Shown in pieces: positions 52,655 through 62,817 of a stretch of 64,000 nt of DNA. The notes under the pieces were generated by a model. It did no database searches. It was not told the origin of the DNA and worked only from the letters and a program-made list of their open reading frames with translations. The first letter of the stretch is position 1. Every line of letters starts with the position of its first letter. Made by a program: the position numbers and the translations under genes. The stretch covers positions 8,127 through 72,126 of the forward strand of contig CASFRN010000164.1 in NCBI GenBank assembly GCA_949296855.1, written 5' to 3'. This DNA comes from an uncultured Bacteroides sp. (lineage in GTDB: Bacteria > Bacteroidota > Bacteroidia > Bacteroidales > Bacteroidaceae).

Positions 52655-53893
52655 TTATCGGATGCGGATGGATTTTCCTGCACGGATGCTGCTTCCGCGT
52701 ATGCCGTTCAGTCTCCGCAACTGGGATACACTGACTCCGTATTTACGGGCGATGCCTCCTAATGTTTCCCCGTTACGTATGCGGTGGTACACGGCTTTCG
52801 GGGCAGGTATGTCGACGGTATTGCGCCGCGTGAGGTAAGTATCCGGCTTGTAATTGTAAATGCTGTCTTCCTTGTCGATGAAGCTGCTCATCAGCTTGCT
52901 GGGCAGGCGCAGGGCATACGGTTGCTCGTTGCCGGGGATGATGTCTTTCTTGAATTCCGGATTGAGGGCGCGCAGTTCGTCAAGGCTAATGCCGCATACC
53001 GCCGATACTTGCTGTAAGTGAAGCGGACGGGATATGTGTATGGTGTCTGTCCCTTCGGGCATTTTCATCTCCATCGGGCTGATGTTGTGCTCGCAATAGT
53101 AGGTCATGATGTAATTGGCTGCAATGAAGGCGGGTACATATCCGCGGGTCTGTTTGGGTAGGTAGTTGTAAAGTGCCCAAAAGTCTTTTTCCCCGTCGGC
53201 ACGGCGGATGGCTTTATTGATGGTGCCGGGACCGCAATTGTAGGCGGCAAGTACCAAGTTCCAGTCGTGGTAGATGTCGTAAAGGTCTTTCAGGTAACGG
53301 GCGGCGGCGCGTGTCGATTTTACCGGGTCGCGCCGTTCGTCTACCAGGCTCGTCACTTTCAGCCCGTATATTTTTCCGGTGTTCAGCATGAATTGCCATA
53401 AGCCTACGGCTCCCTGGCTGGAACTGGCCATCGGGTTTAACGCCGACTCGATGACCGGCAGGTATTTTAATTCTAAAGGAAGTCCGTAGAGGTCGAGCGC
53501 TTCTTCGAAGATGGGCATATAGAAGTTGTTGGCGCTTAGCATGAACGCTACTTTCTGGCGCAAGCGGGTCGCGTACATATCGATAAATTCGCGTACCACT
53601 TCATTGTATGGCATTTCGATGATGGCGGGGATGCGTTTCAGCCGGTCTATGTAAACGGAGTCGCTTACTTCCGGATTGTCGCCGGTCAGGGTGCAGTTTT
53701 CGCCGATGTTGATGTAATTCTTCGAAATCCAGTCAAGGTAGAGGCTGTCGGTTTCGGAGATCATGCCAGCCGGCAGGTCGATGACTTCTTCGGCTCCCGA
53801 TGCCGAACGGACGGTGATGCTTGTCTCCGTCTGTTGCGCGTAAAGGGCAGAAGCCCCAAACATACTTAATATTCCAATAAACAGTTTTTTCAT
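52655..53893 (-). CDS. Lytic murein transglycosylase (SLT domain) with a C-terminal LysM domain
   Basis: Signal peptide, ESALNPMASSSQGAVGLWQFM, and LysM YHRIRNGETLGGIARKYGVSVSQLRRLN. Confidence 0.9.
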   Translation of the reverse strand: MKKLFIGILSMFGASALYAQQTETSITVRSASGAEEVIDLPAGMISETDSLYLDWISKNYINIGENCTLTGDNPEVSDSVYIDRLKRIPAIIEMPYNEVVREFIDMYATRLRQKVAFMLSANNFYMPIFEEALDLYGLPLELKYLPVIESALNPMASSSQGAVGLWQFMLNTGKIYGLKVTSLVDERRDPVKSTRAAARYLKDLYDIYHDWNLVLAAYNCGPGTINKAIRRADGEKDFWALYNYLPKQTRGYVPAFIAANYIMTYYCEHNISPMEMKMPEGTDTIHISRPLHLQQVSAVCGISLDELRALNPEFKKDIIPGNEQPYALRLPSKLMSSFIDKEDSIYNYKPDTYLTRRNTVDIPAPKAVYHRIRNGETLGGIARKYGVSVSQLRRLNGIRGSSIRAGKSIRIR

Positions 53894-53897
53894 GGTT

Positions 53898-54692
53898 CTA
53901 AAATTTAATGTTGCACTGCACGCCGATGCCTTGAGGCAATCCGCAACGTGCGTCGTTAAACAAGGCTGGTTGCCATTCCATACTCAAATCGTCGGATATG
54001 TCGAAGCTGGACAGTTCGGCGTCTACATACGCGTCAACCACTGAGAGCAAGTATACACCGATGAAGGCAAAGATGCTTAGGTCTCGTTGTCGCCGGTATA
54101 GGTCTTTACGCTTCCTGAAGGTTTCTTGCCAATACTGGAGGTTGCCCAGCACCATGTCTTGTGTATATCCTAAGGGCAGAAAGTCCATATAGCTGTCATT
54201 GGCAGGATTGTCGCTCATGATGTCTTGATAGGCTTGCGAATAGTCTTTGTACATCTGCCCGTTCCATGTCAAGGCATAGATACAGCCCACGAATCCGCCA
54301 TAGATGATGGGCAGTTTCCAGTATTTGTGATTGTATATCTGCCCGGCGCCCGGTATGGCAAGCGAAAGCCAGATAGCGTTGTTCGCTATCGGCGTCCATT
54401 TCTTTTTCTTGAGTTCTATGGGGGGAGTCTGTTGTTGGACGGAATCGCTTTTATGGGCGAGCAGTGCCGTGTCTACCGGAGCTTCCAAGTCGGTAACCCG
54501 TTGCTTTTCCCATGCCAGCGTGTCGAGCAACGCCAAGCTGTCCGCACGGTTTTGCGCACGGATGGAATCGGCTTTCAGTATCCCTTCGCGGTGCTTTCGG
54601 GCGCGCTGTCCATACGTATCCACACTTCCGCCGAATAAGAAGCCGGACAGGAATACAAAGATAATCAGGTATGTAAACGATTGCTTTTCCAA
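53898..54692 (-). CDS. DUF5683-family membrane protein
   Basis: PGAGQIYNHKYWKLPIIYGG motif. The only available start is the TTG at 54692, 4 codons after the parB stop and in the same frame. Confidence 0.75.
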   Translation of the reverse strand: MEKQSFTYLIIFVFLSGFLFGGSVDTYGQRARKHREGILKADSIRAQNRADSLALLDTLAWEKQRVTDLEAPVDTALLAHKSDSVQQQTPPIELKKKKWTPIANNAIWLSLAIPGAGQIYNHKYWKLPIIYGGFVGCIYALTWNGQMYKDYSQAYQDIMSDNPANDSYMDFLPLGYTQDMVLGNLQYWQETFRKRKDLYRRQRDLSIFAFIGVYLLSVVDAYVDAELSSFDISDDLSMEWQPALFNDARCGLPQGIGVQCNIKF

Positions 54693-54704
54693 GTCTGTCC
54701 GCTT

Positions 54705-55604
54705 TTATTCTTTAGGTTGTGTCGAATCCAATATCTCCATAATCCGCTCTAGGTCGGCCTCGCTGTTGAAGGGGATGCTGATTTTCCCTTTTCCCTTGTT
54801 GCTGCACGACAGCTGCACTTTAGTTCCGAAAAACGAGCACAGGTGGTTTTGCAGCAGGGTATATTCCTCGGACAGTTTGGCTCCTTTGGGGGTTATCTTC
54901 TTCCCGCCTGATTCTACGCTTTCGCCAGCCGAGAGGGCTTTGACAATTTCTTCCACTTTGCGCACCGAGTAGCCTTGCGCGATGATTTCGTTGAAGATGC
55001 GTATCTGCGTCTTGGGGTCATCCAATGCCAGCAGGGCACGGGCATGGCCCATGTCTATCTCTTTGTTCTTCAACGCCACTTGGATGGGCGCCGGCAGCTT
55101 GAGCAAGCGCAGGTAGTTGGCAATGGTAGCCCGCTTTTTCCCTACACGGTCGCTCAGCCTTTCTTGCGTCAGTCCGTATTGCTCAATGAGATGTTGGTAT
55201 GCCAGCGCGATTTCCAGCGAGTTGAGGTCTTCCCGCTGTATGTTCTCTATCAACGCCATTTCCATTACGTTTTCGTCGTCGGCCGTGCGGATGTATGCGG
55301 GGATGGTTTTCAGTCCGGCTTGTATGGCAGCCCGGTAGCGTCGTTCTCCCGCGATGATCTGGTAGGAGTCGTCATCCAACTGGCGCAAGGTGATGGGCTG
55401 TATGATGCCTATTTCCGCTATCGAGTCGGCCAGTTCTTGCAGGGCGATCGGGTCGAATTCGCGGCGCGGCTGGTTGGGGTTGACTGAAATCTTGTCCAGC
55501 TCTATTTCGTTGATGGAAGATGACCCTGACGTCCTGATTTCCTCATTGGTGGAAATCAGGGCATCGAGTCCTCTTCCTAATGCATATTTCTTTTGTACCG
55601 CCAT
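54705..55604 (-). CDS. parB: Chromosome partitioning protein ParB
   Basis: NPNQPR, IIAGERRYRAA and an HTH region. Confidence 0.95.
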   Translation of the reverse strand: MAVQKKYALGRGLDALISTNEEIRTSGSSSINEIELDKISVNPNQPRREFDPIALQELADSIAEIGIIQPITLRQLDDDSYQIIAGERRYRAAIQAGLKTIPAYIRTADDENVMEMALIENIQREDLNSLEIALAYQHLIEQYGLTQERLSDRVGKKRATIANYLRLLKLPAPIQVALKNKEIDMGHARALLALDDPKTQIRIFNEIIAQGYSVRKVEEIVKALSAGESVESGGKKITPKGAKLSEEYTLLQNHLCSFFGTKVQLSCSNKGKGKISIPFNSEADLERIMEILDSTQPKE

Positions 55605-55628
55605 GTTTTCTCTTGTAGTTACGGGTCG

Positions 55629-56399
55629 TTACTGTTTTTGGTTTTTGTTAATGATTTCATTGGCAAGCGCCAGATGGTTTTTAGCTCCTGTGGAATCGGC
55701 ATCGTATAAGATGGCTGGGATTCCATGGCTCGGCGCTTCGCTTAGTTTCACATTGCGCTGGATAATTGTCTTGAACACCAATTCCTGAAAATGCCGTTTC
55801 ACTTCGTCGTAGATTTGGTTCGCTAAGCGTAGGCGTGAATCGAACATAGTCAGCAAGAAGCCTTCTATTTCCAGCGACGGGTTCAGTTTCGTCTTGATAA
55901 TCCGTATGGTATTCAGCAATTTGCTGATTCCTTCCAGCGCAAAGTATTCGCATTGCACGGGGATAATGACCGAGTCGGCGGCTGTCAGTGCGTTGATGGT
56001 AATCAGCCCCAAAGAAGGTGAGCAGTCTATCAGAATGTAATCGTATTCTCCTGCCATCGGCGCCAGTGCCTTTTTCATGATTTTCTCACGGCTTTCTAAA
56101 TTCAGCATTTCAATTTCCGCCCCTACCAGGTCAATGTGCGAGGGGACGATGTCCAGTCCGTCAATATCGGTCGTGTAAATGGCTTCCCGTATGTCGCTTT
56201 GGTTAATCAGACATTCATAGATGGAGCAGTCGATGTCTTTCAAGTCAACTCCTAATCCCGATGAGGCGTTAGCCTGAGGGTCAGCGTCTACTACCAATAC
56301 TTTCTTTTCGAGTGTAGCCAGTGATGCAGCCAAGTTGATGGTGGTCGTAGTTTTTCCTACACCGCCTTTTTGGTTGGCTAAAGCAATAATCTTTCCCAT
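55629..56399 (-). CDS. parA: Chromosome partitioning ATPase ParA/Soj
   Basis: Deviant Walker [11 protein letters not shown]. 256 aa. Confidence 0.95.
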   Translation of the reverse strand: MGKIIALANQKGGVGKTTTTINLAASLATLEKKVLVVDADPQANASSGLGVDLKDIDCSIYECLINQSDIREAIYTTDIDGLDIVPSHIDLVGAEIEMLNLESREKIMKKALAPMAGEYDYILIDCSPSLGLITINALTAADSVIIPVQCEYFALEGISKLLNTIRIIKTKLNPSLEIEGFLLTMFDSRLRLANQIYDEVKRHFQELVFKTIIQRNVKLSEAPSHGIPAILYDADSTGAKNHLALANEIINKNQKQ

Positions 56400-56729
56400 A
56401 TTAATCAGTTTATCTGATTGCGAAGTAACAAATAATTGGCGAGATAGCGTGTCTCATTCTTGCAACATTTTGCAAAACTGTTGATAACTCGCCGCTTCTG
56501 TTAATAACTTCACCGGGCAAAGATAGCGATTTTTGTGTAAATCCGATGTGCGGCATACGAAGTTTAATATCCGCTTGTGTAAAATTAACGGATGTATACG
56601 GCTTTATTTCATCGGACGGATACACATTTTTATATCCCAGCCCGTGGAAAGTGGAATGAAAGCTGCCGGAATGGGGAATGTATCCTACTTTAGGGGCATT
56701 ATATCATTGGTGCATTGGGCAAAATATTG

Positions 56730-56737
56730 TAACTTTG
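56730..56737 (+). promoter_or_regulatory. Candidate -7 box (TAACTTTG) for surE-lpxB
   Basis: Matches TAnnTTTG and lies 38 nt upstream of the ATG at 56775. Confidence 0.5.
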
Positions 56738-56774
56738 CGGGCATGAAATCTCCTTACATTATATAAAGGTATAT

Positions 56775-57548
56775 ATGACTAAGAAAAGACCTCTGTTGCT
56801 GTTGTCGAACGACGACGGTGTGAATGCAAAAGGAATACACGAACTGGTGCGGGCTTTGCGTCCCGTAGGTGATTTGATTGTCGTGGCTCCCGACGGGCCT
56901 CGTTCAGGGTCGGCAGGTGCCATCACTTCTGCTTTTCCGGTGCTTTATGCTTTGCTTCAGCAGGAGCCGGGATTGTCGGTATACAAGTGTTCGGGTACTC
57001 CGGTGGATTGCGTCAAGTTGGCGTTGCATGCCATTGTGCCCCGTACTCCCGACCTTGTGATAGGCGGCATTAACCACGGCGACAATTCTTCGGTGAATGT
57101 GCACTATTCGGGAACGATGGGCGTGGTTATTGAAGGTTGCCTGAAAGGGATTCCTTCCATCGGTTTTTCGCTTTGCAACCATGGTGCGGATGCCGACTTT
57201 TCTCCGGCTTTGCCTTATGTGAAGCGCATCGTTGAAGAGACATTGGCGAAGGGTCTTCCTGACGGGATTTGCCTGAATGTGAATTTTCCTGATACCGCAG
57301 ATTTAGAAGGGGTGCTGGTATGCCGTCAGACGCACGGTGTATGGACGCGTGAATTTGTGAAAGCCGACCATCCGAGAGGAGGAAACTATTTTTGGTTGAC
57401 CGGCGAATATAAGAATCTGGAGCCGGATGCAGAAGACACCGACCATTGGGCGTTGGGACATAATTATGTAGCGATAACACCTACTCAAATCGATGTGACC
57501 GCCTATACGGCGATGCGTGAACTGAAAACCTGGAACTTTAACGTATGA
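56775..57548 (+). CDS. surE: 5'/3'-nucleotidase SurE
   Basis: LLLSNDDGVNAKGI and GINHGDN motifs. Confidence 0.95.
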   Translation: MTKKRPLLLLSNDDGVNAKGIHELVRALRPVGDLIVVAPDGPRSGSAGAITSAFPVLYALLQQEPGLSVYKCSGTPVDCVKLALHAIVPRTPDLVIGGINHGDNSSVNVHYSGTMGVVIEGCLKGIPSIGFSLCNHGADADFSPALPYVKRIVEETLAKGLPDGICLNVNFPDTADLEGVLVCRQTHGVWTREFVKADHPRGGNYFWLTGEYKNLEPDAEDTDHWALGHNYVAITPTQIDVTAYTAMRELKTWNFNV

Positions 57549-58696
57549 AATATTATCTGATTGTCGGAGAAGCGTCGGGCGACTTGCATGCGTCCAACCT
57601 GATGCGTGCGTTGCTTGCGGAAGACCCGGAAGCCGAATTCCGCTTTTTCGGAGGCGACTTGATGAAGGAAGTGGGAGGTACTTGTGTGCGCCATTATAAA
57701 TCGTTGGCATACATGGGGTTTATTCCTGTGCTTCTGCATTTGCGTACGATTCTCCGCAATATGGATTTTTGTAAGAGCGATGTGGAATCGTGGAATCCGG
57801 ATGTATTGATTTTGGTGGATTATCCGGGATTCAATCTGAAGATAGCCCGATATATCAAGCTTCATACGCAGATTCCGGTGTTTTATTACATTTCCCCGAA
57901 GATTTGGGCGTGGAAAGAATACCGTATAAAGAATATCAAGCGTGATATCGACGGGATGTTTTCCATTCTTCCGTTTGAAGTGGAGTTTTACCGGAAACAT
58001 CAATATCCCGTTCATTATGTGGGTAATCCGTGTGTGGATGCCGTCGCTGCCTTCCGGAAAGATGCCGTTGAGGCTTTTGATGACTTCGTTTTGTCGCACG
58101 GGTGGGGGAAGAAGCCGATAATCGCTTTGCTTGCCGGAAGCCGGAAGCAAGAGATTAAGGATAATCTGCCATTGATGATACAGGCTTCGCGCAGTTTCCC
58201 CGATTATCAGTTTGTAGTGGCTGGCGCGCCGGGCATTGAGCCAGAGTTTTACCGGCAATACATCGATGCGGATACCGAGATTATCTTTGGGGAGACTTAC
58301 CGGCTGCTTGCCCACGCTACGGCGGCATTGGTCACATCGGGGACGGCTACGCTTGAGACCGCACTTTTCCGTGTGCCGCAAGTCGTATGCTACTATACGG
58401 CTGCCGGCAAGCTGGTTTCTTTGCTGCGCCGTGTGGTGTTGAAGGTTCCTTTTGTGTCGTTGGTCAATCTGATAGCCGGGAAAGAAGTCGTGACCGAATT
58501 GGTGGCGGGTGATATGAGTGTTGGCGCTATCGTGCGTGAACTTTCGTTGATATTGCCGGGCGGAAAAGCGCGCGGACAGATGCTGGATGATTACGGCCGC
58601 TTGATACAGGTGTTAGGGGAAGCCGGCGCTTCGGAACGAGCAGCCCGCCAGATGATGGAAGCGTTGGAAGCATACAGGAAGAAATTGTACGCGTGA
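57545..58696 (+). CDS. lpxB: Lipid-A-disaccharide synthase
   Basis: GEASGDLHASNLM at the N-terminus. 383 aa. Overlaps surE as ATGA. Confidence 0.93.
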   Translation: MKYYLIVGEASGDLHASNLMRALLAEDPEAEFRFFGGDLMKEVGGTCVRHYKSLAYMGFIPVLLHLRTILRNMDFCKSDVESWNPDVLILVDYPGFNLKIARYIKLHTQIPVFYYISPKIWAWKEYRIKNIKRDIDGMFSILPFEVEFYRKHQYPVHYVGNPCVDAVAAFRKDAVEAFDDFVLSHGWGKKPIIALLAGSRKQEIKDNLPLMIQASRSFPDYQFVVAGAPGIEPEFYRQYIDADTEIIFGETYRLLAHATAALVTSGTATLETALFRVPQVVCYYTAAGKLVSLLRRVVLKVPFVSLVNLIAGKEVVTELVAGDMSVGAIVRELSLILPGGKARGQMLDDYGRLIQVLGEAGASERAARQMMEALEAYRKKLYA

Positions 58697-58703
58697 TTTT
58701 TTC

Positions 58704-58868
58704 TCACCACAGATTACACAGATTAAAACAATTATTTTCAACCATGGTGTAGACAAAATTTTACCACAGAGATACACAGAGCTTTTGATTATTTTTTCCG
58801 TGGTTACTCTGTGACCTTTGGGGTGAAATTCAATTCTTAATTATTTTAATCTGTGTAATCTGTGGTGA
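58704..58868. terminator. Perfect 25-bp-arm palindrome between the convergent lpxB and cdsA genes
   Basis: TCACCACAGATTACACAGATTAAAA (58704-58728) pairs with TTTTAATCTGTGTAATCTGTGGTGA (58844-58868). An inner imperfect CACAGAGA-type pair is nested inside. Confidence 0.8.
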
Positions 58869-58877
58869 AGAAAAAGA

Positions 58878-59714
58878 TTACAAGCTCAAGATATACAGAT
58901 AAACGACTGATGCCGGTATTGCCATAAGCGTACTATCGAAACGGTCCAGCATACCTCCGTGTCCCGGCAGGATATTTCCGGAGTCTTTGATTCCCAAAGT
59001 GCGTTTGAAAAGCGATTCGACGAGGTCGCCCCATGTGCCGAATACCACGATAACCAATGCTAATCCTATCCATTCGTAGATGGTGAGGAAGAAGAAGTAT
59101 TGAGAGAGGATAATCGCTGCAATGACGGCAAATGCGGCTCCGCCGATAGAGCCTTCCCACGATTTCTTAGGCGAAATGCGTTCGAACAGGCGGTGCTTGC
59201 CGAAAAGCATCCCTGTGCAATAAGCCCCCGTATCATTGATCCATGTAAAGATGAAAATGGATAAAGGCAGTATCGGATTATATTGCGAGATGCTGGTAGC
59301 AGCGCTTGTGTGGTAAGCAAGCACGTTGAGCAGGGCGAACGGCAGCCCGATGTAGAGTTGGCTCATCATGGCATACGCCCAGTTGTTGATGGGATTTTTT
59401 TGTCTCTTATATAGCTCGCTGATAAACAGATACATAATCAGGAAAAGGTAGGGGATGAATATTTCGTTCGTTCCCGGGACGACTCCGATGTATCCGAAAC
59501 AAAGAAATAAGAAAACGCCGGCCAGTATGGTGATGGGTTTATTCATCTGCACCTGTCCGGTAGCGTTCGCCAAGGTTCCGAACTCATGGATGGTCAGTGC
59601 GCTGACGATAGAAAACAGAATCGTGAACAGGATAGGGCCGCCTAAGATGCATCCCACCAATACGGCAACAAAGATAATGCCGGTGATAGTACGTTGTAAG
59701 AAGTTGTTTTTCAT
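58878..59714 (-). CDS. cdsA: Phosphatidate cytidylyltransferase
   Basis: GDLVESLFKRTLGIKDSGNILPGHGGMLDRFDS signature. The ATG at 59714 (MKNNFLQRT) is preferred over the TTG at 59747. Confidence 0.93.
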   Translation of the reverse strand: MKNNFLQRTITGIIFVAVLVGCILGGPILFTILFSIVSALTIHEFGTLANATGQVQMNKPITILAGVFLFLCFGYIGVVPGTNEIFIPYLFLIMYLFISELYKRQKNPINNWAYAMMSQLYIGLPFALLNVLAYHTSAATSISQYNPILPLSIFIFTWINDTGAYCTGMLFGKHRLFERISPKKSWEGSIGGAAFAVIAAIILSQYFFFLTIYEWIGLALVIVVFGTWGDLVESLFKRTLGIKDSGNILPGHGGMLDRFDSTLMAIPASVVYLYILSL

Positions 59715-59782
59715 ATTGTTTCTATTTAGTAGCCGGACAATCGGCAAAGACGTAAGTGATGCCTATTGTCCGGCTTTTCGGT

Positions 59783-61828
59783 TTATTGCTTCGGTGTGTC
59801 TTCCTTAGTCCCGTTGTCTTCCGGCTGCGGGTTTTCGGGAAGCGCTTTCGGTTGTTCTGCTCCGATAGCTGCGGGTTGTGATCCGTTTTCTTCCGCCATG
59901 ATTTCTTCCGAACGGGAAGTCCACGGGCGTTTGCCGAAAATCTTTTCTACGTCTTCGGCATAAATCACTTCACGGTCTATCAATACTTGCGCCAGTTGGG
60001 CGTGGCCTTCGCTGTGCTTTTGCAGAAGTTCTTTAGCGCGCACATACTGTTCGTTGATCATCTTCTGCACTTCTTGGTCGATGACTTCGGCAGTATGTTC
60101 GCTGTACGGCTTGTTGAAGGCGAATTCATCGTTGCTGTAATAACACAAGTTGGGCAACCGTTCGCTCATGCCCGCGTATGCAATCATGCCGTAGGCTTGC
60201 TTGGTGACACGCTCTAAATCGTTCATGGCACCGGTAGAGATATGGCCGATAAACAGTTCTTCGGCTGCCCGTCCGCCCAGTGTAGCGCACATTTCGTCTA
60301 ACATCTGTTCTTTCGTGGTAAGTTGACGTTCCTCGGGCAGATACCATGCAGCTCCCAGCGCGCGTCCGCGTGGCACGATGGTCACTTTTATCAGCGGATT
60401 GGCGTGTTCCAAGAACCACGAAATGGTGGCGTGGCCGGCTTCATGCAAGGCGATGGCGCGTTTTTCAGAGGCGGTCATCACCTTGGTTTTCTTTTCCAGT
60501 CCGCCTACGATACGGTCAATCGCTGCCATGAAGTCGTCTTTACCGACAGATTCTTTTGAGTGGCGTGCAGCTATCAGGGCAGCTTCGTTGCATACGTTGG
60601 CAATGTCGGCTCCGCTGAATCCCGGCGTTTGGCGTGCCAGTAAATCCACATCGACCGTATTGTCTAGTTTCAGCGGGCGCAGATGTACGCCGAACACTTC
60701 TTTCCGTTCGTTCAGGTCGGGCAAGTCTACATAGATTTGGCGGTCGAAACGTCCGGCGCGCAACAAGGCTTTATCCAAAATGTCCACACGGTTGGTCGCA
60801 GCCAAAATGATGACGCCGCTATTCGAACCGAATCCGTCCATTTCGGTCAGCAATTGGTTTAATGTGTTTTCGCGTTCATCGTTTCCTCCGATGCCCGGAT
60901 TCTTTCCGCGGGCACGGCCCACAGCGTCTATTTCATCGATAAAGATGATGCACGGCGCTTTCTCTTTCGCTTGGCGGAACAAGTCGCGCACACGCGAAGC
61001 ACCTACACCAACAAACATTTCCACAAAGTCGGAACCCGAAATGGAGAAGAAAGGCACATCGGCTTCTCCTGCCACAGCTTTAGCAAGCAAGGTCTTTCCT
61101 GTTCCCGGAGGCCCTATCAATAACGCGCCTTTCGGAATTTTTCCTCCCAATTTGGTGTATTTTTCCGGGTCTTTCAAGAAGTCTACTATCTCCTGTACTT
61201 CTTGTTTGGCTGCAGCTTGTCCCGCTACGTCTTTGAACGTGGTGCGGTTAGCCCCTTTTTCGAACAGTTGCGCCTTACTTTTTCCTACGCTGAACACATT
61301 GCCTGTCCCGCCAGGCCCCGTCGCTCCGCCCATCCGTCGCATGGCGAATATCCAGATGGCTATCAACAGAATGAAGGGGAACGTGTTCCAAAAAATCATC
61401 CCGAAATAATTGTTCCGTTTTTCGTAACTGATGGATCCGGTAAAGGCACCGTTGGCTTGCGCTTCGTCCAAAAACTTGTCTAACGTATCGACGGAGCCTA
61501 CCTGTACCGTTACGGCTGGGCTTTTCCCTACTTTATCCGCATCTTGTTTGAACACGTCGACGATATGGTCGGGTTTGATGTACATTTCTACCGTATTGTC
61601 ATCATAGGCGATGATTTTGCTGGCGTAGCCTTTGTTCACCATCTCCTTGAATTCAGTATAGGTTATTTCTTTGCTTGCACTTCCTTCATCGGTCGACAGA
61701 TAAAGAAAGCCGAGCACAAGCGCAATCACTACGTACAGCCACGTCAGGTTAGGACGGGGTACGTTAATCTTTGGCTTGTTGTTCGGGTTGTTGAAGTTGG
61801 TATTGTTGTTGTTTTGATTTTCGTCCAT
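59783..61828 (-). CDS. ftsH: ATP-dependent zinc metalloprotease FtsH
   Basis: Walker [14 protein letters not shown] and zinc site HEAGHA. The ATG at 61828 (MDENQ) is preferred over the GTG at 61894, which would overlap rsfS. Confidence 0.96.
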   Translation of the reverse strand: MDENQNNNNTNFNNPNNKPKINVPRPNLTWLYVVIALVLGFLYLSTDEGSASKEITYTEFKEMVNKGYASKIIAYDDNTVEMYIKPDHIVDVFKQDADKVGKSPAVTVQVGSVDTLDKFLDEAQANGAFTGSISYEKRNNYFGMIFWNTFPFILLIAIWIFAMRRMGGATGPGGTGNVFSVGKSKAQLFEKGANRTTFKDVAGQAAAKQEVQEIVDFLKDPEKYTKLGGKIPKGALLIGPPGTGKTLLAKAVAGEADVPFFSISGSDFVEMFVGVGASRVRDLFRQAKEKAPCIIFIDEIDAVGRARGKNPGIGGNDERENTLNQLLTEMDGFGSNSGVIILAATNRVDILDKALLRAGRFDRQIYVDLPDLNERKEVFGVHLRPLKLDNTVDVDLLARQTPGFSGADIANVCNEAALIAARHSKESVGKDDFMAAIDRIVGGLEKKTKVMTASEKRAIALHEAGHATISWFLEHANPLIKVTIVPRGRALGAAWYLPEERQLTTKEQMLDEMCATLGGRAAEELFIGHISTGAMNDLERVTKQAYGMIAYAGMSERLPNLCYYSNDEFAFNKPYSEHTAEVIDQEVQKMINEQYVRAKELLQKHSEGHAQLAQVLIDREVIYAEDVEKIFGKRPWTSRSEEIMAEENGSQPAAIGAEQPKALPENPQPEDNGTKEDTPKQ

Positions 61829-61851
61829 GATAATCTTTCGTATGAGTTTGA

Positions 61852-62211
61852 TTAGTCCAAATCGGGTATTGAAGTCAGCTTGGCGTCCGCCCACAGGTTT
61901 TCCAAATTATAGAAAGCGCGTACTTCGGGCAGGAATATGTGGACGAGGACATCTCCGTAGTCCAGTGCCACCCATTGTGCGTTGCGTACCCCGTCCATGC
62001 CGTATGCTCTTTCACCGGTCGTTTTCTTTACATAGTCCTTTACCGAGTCTGTGATAGCCGAGACTTGGCTGGGTGAGTTTCCCTGACAGATGACGAAATA
62101 CTTGCAGATTGTATCTTCTATATCCGTTAAGTCTGCGATTACGATGTTTTTACCTTTTTTCTCTTGAATGCCTTCTGTTATCTTTTGCACTAAAAGTTTT
62201 GTTTCGTTCAT
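61852..62211 (-). CDS. rsfS: Ribosome silencing factor RsfS (iojap family)
   Basis: 119 aa. CKYFVICQGNSPSQV...WVALDYGDVLVHIF pattern. Conserved position upstream of ftsH. Confidence 0.9.
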   Translation of the reverse strand: MNETKLLVQKITEGIQEKKGKNIVIADLTDIEDTICKYFVICQGNSPSQVSAITDSVKDYVKKTTGERAYGMDGVRNAQWVALDYGDVLVHIFLPEVRAFYNLENLWADAKLTSIPDLD

Positions 62212-62398
62212 TATTCTTCCGTTCTTGTTTTGTTTTTAATTGTTTTTTAATGTACCTTCTTTTCTTGAAAGAAGAGAATATGCGACAAAGATACTTGGTT
62301 TTCTGTATATCACGAAAAGTTTAGCTCTTAATTCTTTTTTTCTTATGTATTTTTTTGAAAAAAGTCTTCAAATCCCTTGTCGGGTTAAAGAAAAATTG

Positions 62399-62406
62399 TA
62401 CCTTTG
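62399..62406 (+). promoter_or_regulatory. Candidate -7 box (TACCTTTG) for the tRNA-Gln pair
   Basis: Matches TAnnTTTG and lies 40 nt upstream of the first tRNA. Confidence 0.55.
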
Positions 62407-62445
62407 CACCGTCAAAATCGAAATGACGTTAATGACAGTTGATTT

Positions 62446-62516
62446 TGGGCTATGGTGTAATGGTAACACAACAGATTCTGGTCCTGTTTTTCTTGGTTCG
62501 AATCCGAGTAGCCCAA
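62446..62516 (+). tRNA. tRNA-Gln (anticodon CTG), copy 1
   Basis: Hand-folded cloverleaf. Acceptor stem TGGGCTA/TAGCCCA with a U1-A72 pair. D arm GTGT/ACAC. Anticodon loop TTCTGGT. T arm CTTGG-TTCGAAT-CCGAG. CCA is not encoded. Confidence 0.85.
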
Positions 62517-62566
62517 CTTCGAAAGCATGAGCTGTTCCCACGGAGGGGATGGCGAGTGGTCATGTT

Positions 62567-62637
62567 TGGGCTATGGTGTAATGGTAACACAACAGATTCT
62601 GGTCCTGTTTTTCTTGGTTCGAATCCGAGTAGCCCAA
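62567..62637 (+). tRNA. tRNA-Gln (anticodon CTG), copy 2
   Basis: Identical 71-nt sequence to copy 1, after a 50-nt spacer. Confidence 0.85.
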
Positions 62638-62653
62638 CTTTTTCATAAGTGGA

Positions 62654-62701
62654 TTAACAAAAAAGAGTGTCTTTCTTAAGAGAGGCACTCTTTTTTGTTA
62701 A
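62654..62701 (+). terminator. Terminator hairpin after the tRNA pair
   Basis: TTAACAAAAAAGAGTGTCT pairs with AGGCACTCTTTTTTGTTAA (18 of 19 bp). The descending arm is T-rich. Confidence 0.75.
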
Positions 62702-62721
62702 TTGATTTTCATTTGCTTACG

Positions 62722-62817
62722 TTAGAAACGGAAACGGTCATTTTGTCCATATATGGCATTAGCGCTCCATTCCAAATTCTTCTTGATTTCCTTCAACAAA
62801 CTTTTTACCATTTTCAT
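62722..62817 (-). CDS. Candidate 31-aa small ORF (MKMVKSLLKEIKKNLEWSANAIYGQNDRFRF)
   Basis: Hand translation of the minus strand. A TACTTTTG -7-like box lies on the minus strand about 75 nt upstream, at about 62888-62900. No homology evidence. Confidence 0.25.
   Translation of the reverse strand: MKMVKSLLKEIKKNLEWSANAIYGQNDRFRF

Noticed and set aside
56400-56774. parS site or oriC-like DnaA-box cluster in the parA-surE divergent intergenic region
   Set aside because: I could find no TGTTNCACGTGAAACA-like parS and no TTATCCACA-type boxes by eye. Only two TTGCAA hexamers and the promoter boxes are present.
57503-58381. 292-aa minus-strand ORF opposite lpxB, and the similar 49110-49868 ORF opposite the M23 peptidase
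   Set aside because: These are shadow ORFs of motif-supported genes, with an Arg/His-rich composition.
61829-61894. GTG-initiated N-terminal extension of ftsH overlapping rsfS by 43 nt
   Set aside because: The ATG at 61828 (MDENQNNN...) removes the overlap and is followed by the expected TM helix. The same type of TTG/GTG over-extension was trimmed at 2480, 8000, 8296, 11208, 19791, 27269, 33814, 38877, 41751, 42494, 49835, 52602 and 59747.
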